Shown here: positions 11,836-26,180 of the stretch, piece by piece
Position numbering within the stretch: position 1 is the first letter of the stretch
Layout of the letters: each line of letters starts with the position of its first letter
NCBI GenBank assembly: GCA_012862495.1
Contig: BLSG01000062.1
Coordinates: forward strand, 186,890 to 247,923
Source of the DNA: Thraustochytrium aureum
Lineage: Eukaryota
DNA: 61,034 nucleotides
Direction: 5' to 3'
Notes under the pieces: model-generated
Database searches by the model: none
What the model saw: only the letters and a program-made list of their open reading frames with translations
Told to the model about the DNA's origin: nothing
Translations under genes and position numbers: made by a program

Positions 11836-12453
11836 ATGCCGTTCGCCGCGCCCAGTGCACTTGCAAGGCGGGCCGCATTCGCATTCACCGTCGGTGTTCT
11901 GGGGCTTGCGGGCCAAGCGATGGCAGAAGGCGATGCAAACGAAACGTTCATGTGCTGGGAAGGCAAGCTTGACTGCTTCCCGGAGTGCACAGACCTGCCC
12001 ATCGAGGAGTGCATGTTCAAGCGCGTCGATTCAACCCTGGGCGGGAGAACCTGCCGTGATCAGAATGGAACCGTCGAGTTTGACTCTCCAGAAGAGTTGG
12101 AATGGTCGTGCGCGCGAAACATCCACTCATGCGCGGAGGTCGGAGCGAACTGTCCAATGGGCTTGGCCCTTGTGAAACAGGTGGAATGCGCAGCTCCAAG
12201 CAGCTGCTTTCGGCGCTATAGGGAGCCACAAAACTCTCGATACGGCAAAACACCAGTGTGGGGCTTTGAAGCCGTGCTAGAGCTCGGGTGTGCTGAGACC
12301 TGCGAGACCGAGAACAAGTCGTTGACGACAGGAATTGGCGTCAAGTGCTGCCGCGGGGACCTGTGCAACGACGCCACGCAGAGTCGAGGGCCTAGCAACG
12401 TTTTCTTTGCGACGTTGGTAGCGTGCGCTTTGGCACGGCTCAATCCGGCGTGA
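11836..12453 (+). CDS. Secreted, probably GPI-anchored Cys-rich Ly6/uPAR (three-finger)-like protein (205 aa)
   Basis: ATG at 11836. Signal peptide (RRAAFAFTVGVLGLAGQAMA), 15 Cys in the ectodomain, LELGCAETC and CCRGDLCN motifs, then a small-residue spacer and hydrophobic C-terminus (NVFFATLVACALARL) typical of a GPI signal. Confidence 0.75.
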   Translation: MPFAAPSALARRAAFAFTVGVLGLAGQAMAEGDANETFMCWEGKLDCFPECTDLPIEECMFKRVDSTLGGRTCRDQNGTVEFDSPEELEWSCARNIHSCAEVGANCPMGLALVKQVECAAPSSCFRRYREPQNSRYGKTPVWGFEAVLELGCAETCETENKSLTTGIGVKCCRGDLCNDATQSRGPSNVFFATLVACALARLNPA

Positions 12454-12798
12454 AATTGCCCAGGAGAACCCCGCCGTTATCACCCTGGTTCTCTATCGAC
12501 TAGCTAGAGACAAGTCCAAGCCTTGCCACGGATAGATGGGGCTCGTGCGCCTTTGAATGGCGGTGCGGCTGCCTTAGGCAAGGGCTGGTGGGCCAGATTT
12601 CTGTACTAACTTTTGGAACGTCGGTGAGCGCCATCTCAACTGTAGAGTAGAGTGGTACATCCGCAGCCGCAGTACAATTGTCGCTGCCGGTCGCGATTCA
12701 GACCGCTTGCGGGTGAAGAAGAGGACGCAGCTCGCGTCGGAATCAAAATCGGAATTTCGTTCGTTTTTGGGGGGCGGGAAAGGATCATGATTGTCGTT

Positions 12799-14781
<1,983 letters not shown>

Positions 14782-15039
14782 NNNNNNNNNNNNNNNNNNN
14801 NNNNNNNNNNNNNNNNNNNNNNNNNNNNNNNNNNNNNNNNNNNNNNNNNNNNNNNNNNNNNNNNNNNNNNNNNNNNNNNNNNNNNNNNNNNNNNNNNNNN
14901 NNNNNNNNNNNNNNNNNNNNNNNNNNNNNNNNNNNNNNNNNNNNNNNNNNNNNNNNNNNNNNNNNNNNNNNNNNNNNNNNNNNNNNNNNNNNNNNNNNNN
15001 NNNNNNNNNNNNNNNNNNNNNNNNAGGCCTGCGCGCGCC

Positions 15040-15040
<1 letters not shown>

Positions 15041-15070
<30 letters not shown>

Positions 15071-15071
15071 T
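15041..15071. repeat. (CGTG)n microsatellite
   Basis: About 8 tandem CGTG units next to the gap, upstream of the FtsH gene. Confidence 0.9.
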
Positions 15072-15531
15072 GGCGTGCCCTGCTCTCTCGCGTTCGGTGT
15101 CTGCTCCTCCTGCTCACTCCACCGTGACAGTGAGTTTTATGAGACCACTCCTCCCACTCCACTCCTCGTTTGTGAAGCTCGGCGTCGTTCAATCGGACAC
15201 AATCGGCAGTTAATCGATTATCACTGCACGGGCGCCCGGCTTCTCTGCTGAAACGTGTGAGGGCCGGGGCTAACGTGCGGAATTTTTTGTTCTTGAATTT
15301 TTTGAGTGGTTGGGCACCTGTTGAGACAGAGCTCGGGGATCGATGCGGGACGTGCTCGATGCGACGCGTCGCGGTTCGCTCGGCGTCGAGGCTTGCTTGC
15401 ATGGTGAACGTTGTTCTATTGTACGGAGGCCGTGGAGCATGTACGAGTACTCTCATACTCCACTTACACCTATCTGCTACATGCTGCTCGCGCGTCGAGG
15501 TTCGCGGCAGGTGTCCCGGCGATGCAACTTC

Positions 15532-16550
15532 CTAGTTGGCGAGCAGCGGGCGGCGGCGCTCAAGGGCCCGGTTGCAGAACTCGTAGCCGACGAACAAGGC
15601 GCCGTTGCAGGGGAATGCTCGGAGGGCGACGGCGGACCAGCCCGTGAAGAAACCGCGCACGCCGTGGGCCTTCCAAACGGAGCGAACGACATGCCTGATG
15701 GAGGAGCGCTGCTGATCCACGTGCGCCACGCCTGAAGTCTGCGCGCTGTCTGCTACGCAGTGCACCTGCATGCGGCTTTTTATGACATCCATGGGCAGGC
15801 TGATCGTCCAGCCCGCGATCCCCGCAGAGCCGCCCGCAAGGACGATCTGGGGGCCCGAAAGATCGTCCTTCGAACCGACCCCCAACGCCAAGCACAGGCC
15901 CTTGCAAAAGGCCTCGTATGCGCCGAAGAAGGCAAAGTTGAAGGGCACGTCCCTCGCGATCTGCGCTGGCAAGCCGCGAAAGAGCCCGCGCACGCCGCCT
16001 TCAGCCACAGTCTGCCGCGCGCAGTCGAGAGCGCTCGAGAACCGCGCCGTTCCAACCGAGAGCTGCGCCTGCATGCGGACCTTGCAGACCTCAGCCGGGC
16101 ATATTGCTGTCGCGCTAAAGACGCCGCTCAGGCCGCCAATGGCAGCCAGTTCGTACAGAGACAGGGTCGGCGAGGCGCCATGCTCCGACTTGCGCTGCCG
16201 CAGTTGACGCTGGAAGAAGGCGTTCGCTGCAAACACGACCGAGTTTTCGATCACTGCGCTCGTCAGCGCCGGACTGACTCCCTTATACAGCGACCAGAGC
16301 GTCTCTTCCCTCACCGTCCGCAGGAGGCACTGCGAGAGGGACTGGAAGCGAACCGAGTTGGTTTGTAGTCTAGTTTTCACGGTGTCGAACGGCTGCGCCC
16401 AGCGCCGAACGGGTCAACAAAAGCGTCCTGGCGCCAGCGCAAACCAGGGGTCCGAGCGCCACTTACCGCTCCGGCAATTGTTGAGCAGGCTCCAGCGAAC
16501 GACCCCGAGAACAGCACGTTCACGGGGTCCCCGTTCCCCACGCCGCCCAT
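15532..16550 (-). CDS. Mitochondrial carrier (SLC25), ornithine/basic amino-acid type; exons 16550-16467 and 16392-15532
   Basis: Exon 1 (MGGVGNGDPVNVLFSGSFAGACSTIAGA) splices in frame to PFDTVKTRLQ through a 74-nt GTAAGT..CAG intron (16466-16393). Three PX[DE]XX[KR]X[KR] signatures (PFDTVKTR, PAEVCKVR, PMDVIKSR). Contact-point residues ENSVVF / RDVP / RAFP resemble ornithine carriers. Confidence 0.9.
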
Positions 16551-18000
16551 CGCGCCTGCACCTCGAAGTGAGCGGGCGGTCGAGTCTGCGACCTAGCGAC
16601 AGAGCCTGGCCTCCTCAGCCGCTTGCCTCGGGGGGGCGTGCGCGCAGCGCAGAAGCCGCAGGTAGCGCGAAGCCTCCGGTTCGTTGAGTGCCTGGGGAAG
16701 GGCGTCTTCGAGTTGTGCTGCTGCGCTGCTGAGGCTCGGAATCTCGGAATTTGTGCGGCTCTCTCCCACTATTGAACGTCAGTACTTTTAACGGCCTGTG
16801 CGCCGGAGGATTCCGGGTGGAACAGAACGATTCAAGAGATGTGCGGTCACGAAATGCCTGCCAGACTGTGCCAGTGCCAGTGCGTACCGGGCAGCTTTTC
16901 TGATCATGATGGCCTTCCGCCGCTCGCACATCGTCGAGCAGATAGATCTCAAGACACCACTCTTTCCAGGCGAGGCCGACACCTCTTCTCCCTTTCAAGA
17001 AAACAGGAACAACATGGCGTACCAATCAACGCCGGGGCGACTGTGCTCGTCGTCCTCGGCAAGCGGCTTTCCAGTGTCCTCTTTGTAACCAACCCTGGCA
17101 GCAACAGCGAGTGGACCGTCCGCACAGCCGACGTTCTCGATCGATGTCATCTTGTTCCCGATGCCGTGATGCCTGCTTCCGGATCAAGTTTGTGTCGAGC
17201 AACGCCGCGAAACACTTCCGGATCACGTCAATGCTAACCGAGGACGCGCTCTGCGCCGTGGTTCCCGCTCTGTGGCCGGCGGGCTCATCGGCGCCGCAGC
17301 CGGAGCACTCGACGCTGTGGATTCGCATCAACTAGTCCGCGAACAACATTGAGTCAGCTGCCGGGCCTCGGCCGCCCACAACGGCAGGGCGCATCGAGCT
17401 CACTTAGGTATCGTCCTGCACGCGCTGGCGTCCGTATCAACGGCGACCCAGATGCGGGCGCCCCCGCGGTCTGTGCCTCTTTTTTGCTTCCTAGGTTGCA
17501 GCCCTCGGGACGACCCCCTCGTCGAGCAAGGAGCTCACTGGCCATGAGCGGAGGGGCATCGCGGCGCGGGTGCGATGAACCTCGCCGGATTTGTTCGTTC
17601 CCTAGCTAGTTTGGTACGCGACGTGTTCGCTGAGAGGTTCGAGCGCTTGGCTTGCGCGAGACGGCAATGCGCAGCAGCTCGAGCCTTGCTGTTCCCGATT
17701 TTAACTGACGAGAACAGACACGAGCCCGTCCTCCCTTTACCGTTAACGACGCTCTCCCCGCTACGTATCGCAACGCCCGGGACACGTTTCCTTCAACCAG
17801 TTGCTCGCCGGCTCCGCCACGACATCGCCCGCTCGACGTCACCCGCACGAAAACAGGCGTGCGAGCATGTGCACGATGCGGAATCCAAGCAGATTGGCGA
17901 GTCCCAGGCAATTCTACCCAAAGGGATTTTTCGAGGAAGCAGTGGACTCTTGTCTATGCGCCGGCCTGACCAGTTCAGTGCAGACACCCGTCGGGCAAAG

Positions 18001-18038
18001 GCACGCAGGCACGCAGACACGCAGACACGCAGGCAGGC
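18001..18038. repeat. GCAC/GCAG-type imperfect microsatellite running into a gap
   Basis: gcacgcaggcacgcagacacgcagacacgcaggcaggc adjacent to Ns. Confidence 0.75.
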
Positions 18039-18437
18039 NNNNNNNNNNNNNNNNNNNNNNNNNNNNNNNNNNNNNNNNNNNNNNNNNNNNNNNNNNNNNN
18101 NNNNNNNNNNNNNNNNNNNNNNNNNNNNNNNNNNNNNNNNNNNNNNNNNNNNNNNNNNNNNNNNNNNNNNNNNNNNNNNNNNCAGGCGAGTGGCGAGCGG
18201 GCAGGCAAGGCCCTCGTTTCGCTGACGCAGAGCTCGAGCTGGCGACCGAGCTGGCCGGGTGCTGGTGTTGGTCTGGCGCGAGCTTGGAACGACTGCGACT
18301 GTTTTGGTCCTGCCGCAAAGAGCGCGGAGCTGCCGGCCGGGGGCGAAGGGGGCGGCCGTTTGGCCGCCTTGCGCGGACGCCAGCGCGGCCTGGTCGGCGT
18401 TGCCGGGGCCGGCTTGGCCCGGCGCCGCGGAGCGGAG

Positions 18438-21400
18438 ATGAGCAGTGATGGGGTGCCGCAAGTCCTAAACGTCAGCACTGCGGGGTGGGAGGTGAGAGAT
18501 GCGGACGGGCTTGGCGCTAGCGTGACAATCGCTTTGTTTCTCTTCACGGTTTTGATGGTATTCTACGACAAGGTAAAGTTCCGGCCCTGGCTCGTGCCAT
18601 GGTACTTGTCAAAGCATGCGCGCGTTGTGACCCCGTGCTCGCTCGTGCGCGACGACTTGCGCTTGTTCAACTGGGCAATAAACGGCGCGGCCGCTTTCGT
18701 AAACGTGCTCGCAGGCGCGCTAGTGGCCGCGCTGGCCCTTATGGTCTATTTTAGCTCGCGCGAGCTGGCGTGGGCCGACTTTCGCTCCAAGCCCCTTGCC
18801 ACGGTTTTCATTTTGCTCTACGTGCTTACGCTCATCTGCGCGGGGCTGTTCTGGCGTGCCAACCAGTGGAGCCTGGCGCCTCACATCAGGCTCATCTCTG
18901 TGGGCAAGGTCCCGCTAGGCCTCGTTCAAACGCAAGACGAGCTCTGGGACGACCAGGTAGAAAAGGAAAGACCGCTTCGCTGGGTGCTGCTCCTGTTCTT
19001 CTTCTTGGCCGTGGCATTCACGAGCCTCGCCAACCTTTTTACCATTCCACTGGGCGAATGTGTCTCGAAGGACCGAGCGTTCGTTTTCCAGCCATGCAAC
19101 CAGAGCGCGTGGGCAAACTTCAACCACCACAACAACTACCAGAACGACGGAGCTTGGCACGTTGCCGGAAACTGGCTCTTCATCCTGCTCAACTCCATAT
19201 TTGTCATCGCCAGCACGTTCTTTGCAGACTTTTATCTGCACGCCAGCGCGGACTTGCTGGTGGAGGTCCAAGCCCGTGTCGCAGAGAGCCTGATGCGCTA
19301 CGGCGTTGTGACCAAGCAGGACGAGATCTCGGCTTCCTACCAGGAGATGACAATGCTTGACCCAACCCAGCGTCTCGGCCAGCAAGCGCCGCTCAACCAG
19401 CCCGCGTCTCTAACGCGCTGCGCTCGGCCCGGACCGCCACCCTCGACTTCGTCGACGCTGCCCAAAATGAGCGCTCTTGCCCCAGAGCCCTCCGACGCGG
19501 ACACGGATCGCGCCAGGCTCTCCACAGGAGCGTTCGCCGCGACAAGACAAGCGGCACCAAGCGGGACTGCAGCAACGGAAACGGCAGCGCATCGAGAGAT
19601 CTCAGACTATTTTGACGACGACGATGACGACGACGAGGACGACGAAGACGACGACCTTGACCAAATCGACGATTCCTCAGAGGACGAGGCAAATGTTTAC
19701 GAGGAGGAGGAGGAAGAGGAGGAGGAGGAGGAGGAGGAGGAGGAGCTCAACGATAACCTGGAGGACCTCCGAGGCGGAGAACCTGCCACAGGCAACTTTG
19801 GCGAGCTTAGCCCAAACCGCGTGATCCGCCGAGAGATATCGATGGCGGCCAAGCTCTTCAACGGGGCTGTCTTCCAAAGCGCCGCAGCGCCAGATCAACC
19901 CGAAGACCACGGCGATGAGCAAAAGTCCCAAAAAGTGACCACTCCAAAAGCCGCGAGTTCGTCGCAAGCTCCCTCGAGAAACAACCAAGGAAAGCCAATA
20001 CAGTCGACAGAAGACCCCAGCCACAAGTACATCCAAGAACTTGTGGTTACGTACTCGAGGCGAATGAGGAAGGCCTTCTTCCTTTCGTACCTGCTGTCGC
20101 TCGTGTGGCTGATCGCCCACGCAGTAGTGCACTTCGTCTTCACCGAGCGCACGCTCGCGTTCTTCCAGTCGGTCGGAATCCTCATGGCAGACTCGGTGCT
20201 TCTGCTCATGTTCTCACACACAACATACCGACGCAGTAGCATCAAGTCCGGCTCCGGGTTTGCTCGCGTGAGCCAGATCCCGGCCTGGTTGTTGGCCTGC
20301 GTCCTCCTTGCTGCGAGAGTGGTTCTCATCAGCGTGCCGACGGACGCCTGGTTCGTTGGGCAGAGCATCATGTTTGTGATCATGGGCATCTTCCTGTCGC
20401 ACTTGATTATACGCGACTGGGCAAACCTTGCGCAGGCCAGCGACGGTCGCATGCTGCGGCGCGATGTCCTGAGAGCATGGACGTCGATCGAGTCGATCCG
20501 CGGCTTTGGTGCCGCGGTGTTCCTCACGGCCGGCACGTTCGTCAAGGAACTGGTATTTGGTGGATTTACTGTCTACTTTATAGCGCTCACTGCGCTGCTC
20601 ACCTCGCAAAGGCTAGACGATGCGCTTATGATCGGGTCTCGCGAGAACGCGGAGGACATTGCCTCAATCAAAATCTTCAACGACGAGGTCCCTCAGTGGA
20701 AGTTTGGCCTGGCTGCGCTGCTCCTGGTGGCCAACTACGTTTTCTCGTACATCTTCTACCTGCTGTGGCGCCACGTGCAACAGGAACGGGAGCGCACGTC
20801 CGTCGCCGCTATCATGCGCGCCGACCCCGGCGCGGAGCGCGGCGGACTTGCGACCCGCACTGGATGACGCTCCGCCTCGCGGCTGCCTCGGCAGCAGCCC
20901 TCCTGGTNNNNNNNNNNNNNNNNNNNNNNNNNNNNNNNNNNNNNNNNNNNNNNNNNNNNNNNNNNNNNNNNNNNNNNNNNNNNNNNNNNNNNNNNNNNNN
21001 NNNNNNNNNNNACTTTATTTCGGACCACTTATTTGAGGATACTGAAATGTTCTCCATCATCGGCACGGTGGCCTCGCTTCTACCTGCGTTCCTCGCCGGT
21101 CTATACCTTCACCACATATGGGCCGCGGACGACTTTGTTTTCAGGAAAGAGTATCCTCCAACTCCGCCGCTCGCGGTAAGCGAGGCTGCGCGCCAGGGCC
21201 GTCTCGGGCGCAACGTGGTGGTCTATCTAGAGCGCCTCAACCTCGAACGCGCTCGCGTCAAGTCGCGAAACACAGCGATGATCTGCGGGACGGTCTTTGT
21301 CATTCTATGCTTTGTCCTCTGGGGACTGAGCCTCAAGCTCGAGATCCGCGAACTTCCTTGGGAGTATTGCCTGGCCTTTCCGTGCGCAGTGCTCTCGCTC

Positions 21401-24400
21401 GTATGCGGTCTGCTTGGGGCGCAACTTTGGTTCAACACGCTTCAGATCTCGATGTCCCTCGTGGTCCTGTTCAGCACCCACATAGTCTTGATTGTGGTCG
21501 CCTTCTCGGCGGGCCTGGAGGAGATCCTAAGCGTCTCCAAGGGCTTAGACGAGGGCTACTTTACCTTTGTGGACACGATACTGTTCCTTCTCCTTCTGGC
21601 GCCAGGGTTCTTGCTCGGCGTTGTCGCTCTCTTTGTCTATCGCGACGATAATTTCCGGATGAGCTACTTTGTGGGCTTCGCACTCGCCTTCAGTACACTG
21701 ACCGGCATTGGCCTCGGCATCTGGGTGCGACACCGCTTCAACATCGTTGGCACAATTGTATACTACCTCCTGCTCGTGCTCGTGCTCGTCTTTGGCGCCG
21801 TTTGGGTCTGGTGGAATGCCTCCAAGCTGGAGGCAGACTCTGTGGGGTCGTCCAAGCCGACAAATGTTGCGATCGTCGCGCTCATAGCCCTTATCAGCGT
21901 GTTTATTGCTCTGGGAATCTGGGACACCGTCGAGCAAGGCAGCGGGGCGCTCGGCGCCTTTTCGAAGCCAATGCCTGGGCTCACTTTCTTCCTCATTGCA
22001 TACATCGTCGGCTTCGTGTCCTGGCTGGTCTACATCCTGAGCGGGAACCGCTCTTTGGCCCGGCACTCTACCAAGTTGTCGCCCTCGTCGACCCCTTTCG
22101 GCATCCCGGTAATCGCGTTCAGAGTAGAGAGTCGCGGCGGGGAGTTGCTCCTCGTCAACGGCTCGGTGCTTCGCGTCGCGTCATTGCTGCTCTCGGTCCA
22201 GTTCTTCGGGTTTATCATCAGCATTGTCGCCGTCCCGAACATTGGGGTCTCCATCTCATGCGTTGCGTTTTGCCTCATCGAAATTTACGGCCTGAATCTC
22301 GCGGTGTCGAGACGGGTGCAGTTTCGAGGCAACCTGCTTGGTCTCGACAACCTCAAGGATCTCGATGTGGTCTTTGAGCGCGTGCTCCGCGAGGCGGTGC
22401 AGCGCTGTCTCCAGATCTCGCAGCAGGCGATGATGACCTCGTGGCTGAAGGACAAGCACGCGCGCCCTGGAGTCCAGCGTGCGCTTGGTGTAGCCCTTAG
22501 CGAAGGCCGCTCGCAGGGAAGCGTGTCGAGACCTGCCGACGAGCCGCATGGGGCCCCCAGCCCCGCAGAAATCGCCGTGACGCGGCCCGTGCAGAGCGCA
22601 AAGCTCTACGACCAGTCTTCTCGAGCAGTTGACAACGACGTTTGGTCATCTGGGTTCCCCGGCCACTTTTCGAGCATCGGGAACAAGCGCCTTGTTGCGC
22701 AGCTGTCCACGATGCAGGTCGGGGCGGGCCGCACCAGACAACCGAAGCTCGCGTCCGGGGGACTTGCTGCTCGCAGCGCACCGGACCCGGCGCGAGACGC
22801 GGCAGGCGGATCCGCGTTGTTAGGTGGCCAGCGAAGAGGCGAAGGGGCTGCGGCGGAAGAGGAGGACGGCGAAGACTGCGTCGTCGTAGACACCGCGCAA
22901 GGGTTGCGCGATTATTACGAGCAAGTGTACGCGAGCGACGTGGAACACCAGATGTACCTCCGCGACTCTTGCAAGTACGAGGCCCTTTTCCACGTCCTGT
23001 TCTGGATGCGGTCCACACAGCTCTTCTTGGAGCAGCGGACCCTGGCACGTCGGAAAGGCATGGGCCCGCCCCGGGGCAACACTTTGCCGAGCTTTGCTTC
23101 AGATGCTACGATCAGCTCCAGCAGCATGATGAACGTGGATGAGATGGGGTCAATCTCGCCGACGGCTTTCGCATCCTCAAAGAACGTTGAAAACTTGCCC
23201 ATCAAGCTGTCCGTCGCGAAACCTGACCCCGGCGCGAGCGGCGGCCTCGAAGCGGATCTTGTGAGTCTAAACTTGGCCGAGACGGGAGAGCGAGCGACAA
23301 CGGAGGAAGCACGGGATGATCACTCCACGCTGGCAGCCCGAGGCAGCTCGCAGACCGCGTGGGATACTACAGGTGCAAGCCATTCAGGGCAGCAGACCGA
23401 CGCGGCGGCCCGTCCTCCACTGGAGCTGGCTGAAACCGCCAACCGCGAAGGCGGCCGACGCAGCCTAGCGAAGGGCGTAAACAAGCGCAAGGACAAGATC
23501 GCCGAGGCATGGGGCTTCGCAAACGGCGGAAAAAAGTCGACAGCAAAAGTGGCCGCGCGGCAAAGCACTTTCCTCGTGGACAGCATCGAAGACAAGTGGG
23601 TCCAGCTCAACGACCGACAAGCGGCCGCCAAGATCGAGATGATCACCCAAAAGTTTCGAAAATCGGGCGGCCAGCCCTGGCGCGACAGCGACTTCCCGCC
23701 GACCAATGGGTCGCTCTTTTTGGACTGGGACGACAACGACGTCTCCCTGCACGACGTCGAGGACGAAGAAGACTTGCTCGGCGCTCTCTGGTGTCGCGCA
23801 CAGCAGCTGTTCCCCGCGGAAGTTGCCTCGATCGCCAAGCGTGAGCTCGTGGTGGCGCCTCTGGTCAACGGCGCGCCCAACTACGACCCGACGCAAGTGA
23901 TGCAAGGAGGGGTCGGGGACTGTTGGCTGCTGAGCGCCATCAGCGTCGTTGCCCTCTCGCCTCGGCTCCTGAACCGGGTGCTGGCAACGCACCAGGTGAG
24001 CGAGGAAGGCGTGTACCACGTCCGTCTGTTCTTGGACGGCAAGTGGGAGAACATCCTCGTGGACGACTACTTTCCCTGCTCGCTCGAGCAGAGTCTCGTG
24101 TTCGACCCGGCAAAGCCGACGCAACCCCTGGCGATTTGTGACATGCCACCGGACCTGGCGAGCACGCGCGGCGAAGGCGCGCCCCGTCGCGACCCGGGCC
24201 GCCCGTGGCGGCTTCCGCTTCCTCAGTATTGTCGCGCGCGGAATGGCAACGCGCTGTGGCCGATGATCATCGAGAAGGCGTACGCCAAGCGGTTTGGGTC
24301 GTATGAAGGGCTCAACGGCGGCCACGTGCACACTGCCTTGGTAGACTTGACGGGCGGGTTTTCGCAGCTCTTCAGCCTTCACGACGACGTCGAGCTGGTC

Positions 24401-25609
24401 GTTTCTGGGGCGCTCTGGGACAAGCTCGTTGAGTTTTCGAAAAGGAAAGCTCTGCTGGCGGCTGGGTCGCCCGCGATGAACGAAGCGGGCAGCGCGGAAC
24501 TCGAGGACGGCGCGCTATCGACGGACGCGAACGGGATCGTGCACGGGCACGCCTACTCGATCGTCGAGGTTGCCGAGCAGCGCGACTTCAACGGGCACCA
24601 CCGCTTGCTCAAGCTGCGCGACCCGTGGGGGGTGTGCCGCTGGCGCGGCGCGTGGTCGAAGTTTGACAAGAAGAGTTGGACGCGTCGAATGCAGAAGCGG
24701 CTCGGGTTCACGGTCGACAAGTCGCTCTTTGGCGCGGACGGCATGCGCGAGCTTGAGGAGAAGCTGGGCGGGCTCCCGCATGGAAGCACCTTAGAGAGTA
24801 GCTATGGGCTCTTGACGGGCGAGTCGAAAGCTTCAGAAGCCAGTGGCCGCGCTGGCAGCGCCGCGGCCGCGTCCAACGACGGTGTTTTCTGGATCAGTCT
24901 GGAGGACTTTGTGGCTTCGTTCAAGTGGCTGTATGTGTGCCAGCTTTTCGACCCAGCCGAGTGGATCCAGAAGACGATCACCGATGTTTGGGCGGGCCCG
25001 TCTGCTGGGGGGCCTCCAAACCAGCCCAAGGCGCGGTTCAACCCGCAGTTCACGCTCCGTCTTCGGGTTCCGGAACCGAGCAAGTCGGGCCTCTGCGGGT
25101 CTCGGCCCAAGAAGCAGGGCTTTGTCAAGCTCTTCATTTCCATCTCCAACCTGAAAGAGACACAGTCGGGCCGCTTTGCCAAGGACGACGATCTCGCGGC
25201 TCATCCGAGCGCCATGGGATATGGGGAGGACGCATTTGATCCGGACGACGAGTACGAGTACGCGGCGCAGCAGTCGGGGCGCAAGTACCCGTTCATGTCG
25301 TTGCTGCTTTTGGACATCCAGGGGCGCCGCCTGGAGGGCGAGCTTTTGGCCAAGCACGTCGTGGCCAGCACCGGCAAGTACAAGGACTCGCGCGACTTGT
25401 CTTTCGAAACGCGCATCCCGCTGTCTGCTGATGCCGTCTACACAATCTTCCCTTCCCTCTTCCCGGCGGGCGAAGAGGGCGCCTTCCGCATCAACGTCTA
25501 CTGTGAAGCCGATTTTGAGCTGCGGCGCCTCGCGGACCCGCACGACGAGTACAGCTCCTTGCCGCCGGATGCATATAGCAGCAGCCCGCCTGCGGCCTCG
25601 CAAGTCTAG
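18438..25609 (+). CDS. Large multi-transmembrane calpain (DEK1-like TM-CysPc-C2L architecture), ~2400 aa; frame break near 20830-20865 and gap 20908-21011
   Basis: ATG at 18438. More than 20 hydrophobic segments in two blocks separated by an acidic loop, then a linker. Calpain protease core: WRDSDFPP, QGGVGDCWLL (Cys 23921), DGKWENILVDDYFP, LWPMIIEKAYAKRFGSYEGLNGG, LVDLTGG, GHAYS (His 24548), LRDPWG, DGVFWISLEDF. Domain III: WAGPSAGG..NPQF..YTIFPSLFPAGEEGAF. Confidence 0.88.
19612..19745 (+). repeat. Coding GAC/GAG trinucleotide tracts (poly-Asp/poly-Glu loop of the calpain)
   Basis: Encodes DDDDDDDEDDEDDD..EEEEEEEEEEEEEEE in frame. Confidence 0.85.
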
Positions 25610-26133
25610 CTCGCAATCTGCTAGCCGCCGGCGTCCTGACGAGGCCTGCCAGCACGAAGCCATGGGCGCCGCTGCGACTTGCTCCCTGCGTGGGTCCTCC
25701 AGCTGTAGCACCCATCAACAACGACCCTGACGGCACCGATCCAAGCCAACTGACCATCAAGCCGCGTAATGCAATGCAACTTGTCATCTATCTGGGTCCT
25801 TCGAACGGCCAGTGAATGCCCCGCCCCGCGGGCGACCATGCTCGGATGGGCTTGGTTGTGGGAAGGAGCTCCTTTAGCGAGCAAGTGAGCACGAACGCCC
25901 TTCTCGCCACGGAACTCCTTCTTCGCAGCAGTTCGCGAGCAACGCGCGTGCGCTGCACTGCATCAGCAGAATCATCTTCCCACAGCGCCGCGCCGCGGCC
26001 CATCGCGTCCGCGAGGGCATGATCGTTGACTGGACAAGATACATTCTCATGACGGCCAAGTCGCCAAAGTTGAAAAAAACCACCACCCGCGGCGCCGCAA
26101 GACACCAGACCGTCCAGGACACCGGCAGGCAAT

Positions 26134-26136
<3 letters not shown>

Positions 26137-26169
<33 letters not shown>
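26137..26169. repeat. (GGCA)n microsatellite immediately 5' of the HAT1 ATG
   Basis: About 8 tandem GGCA/GCAG units ending ~11 nt before ATG 26181. Confidence 0.92.
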
Positions 26170-26180
26170 TAGTGCGTAGC

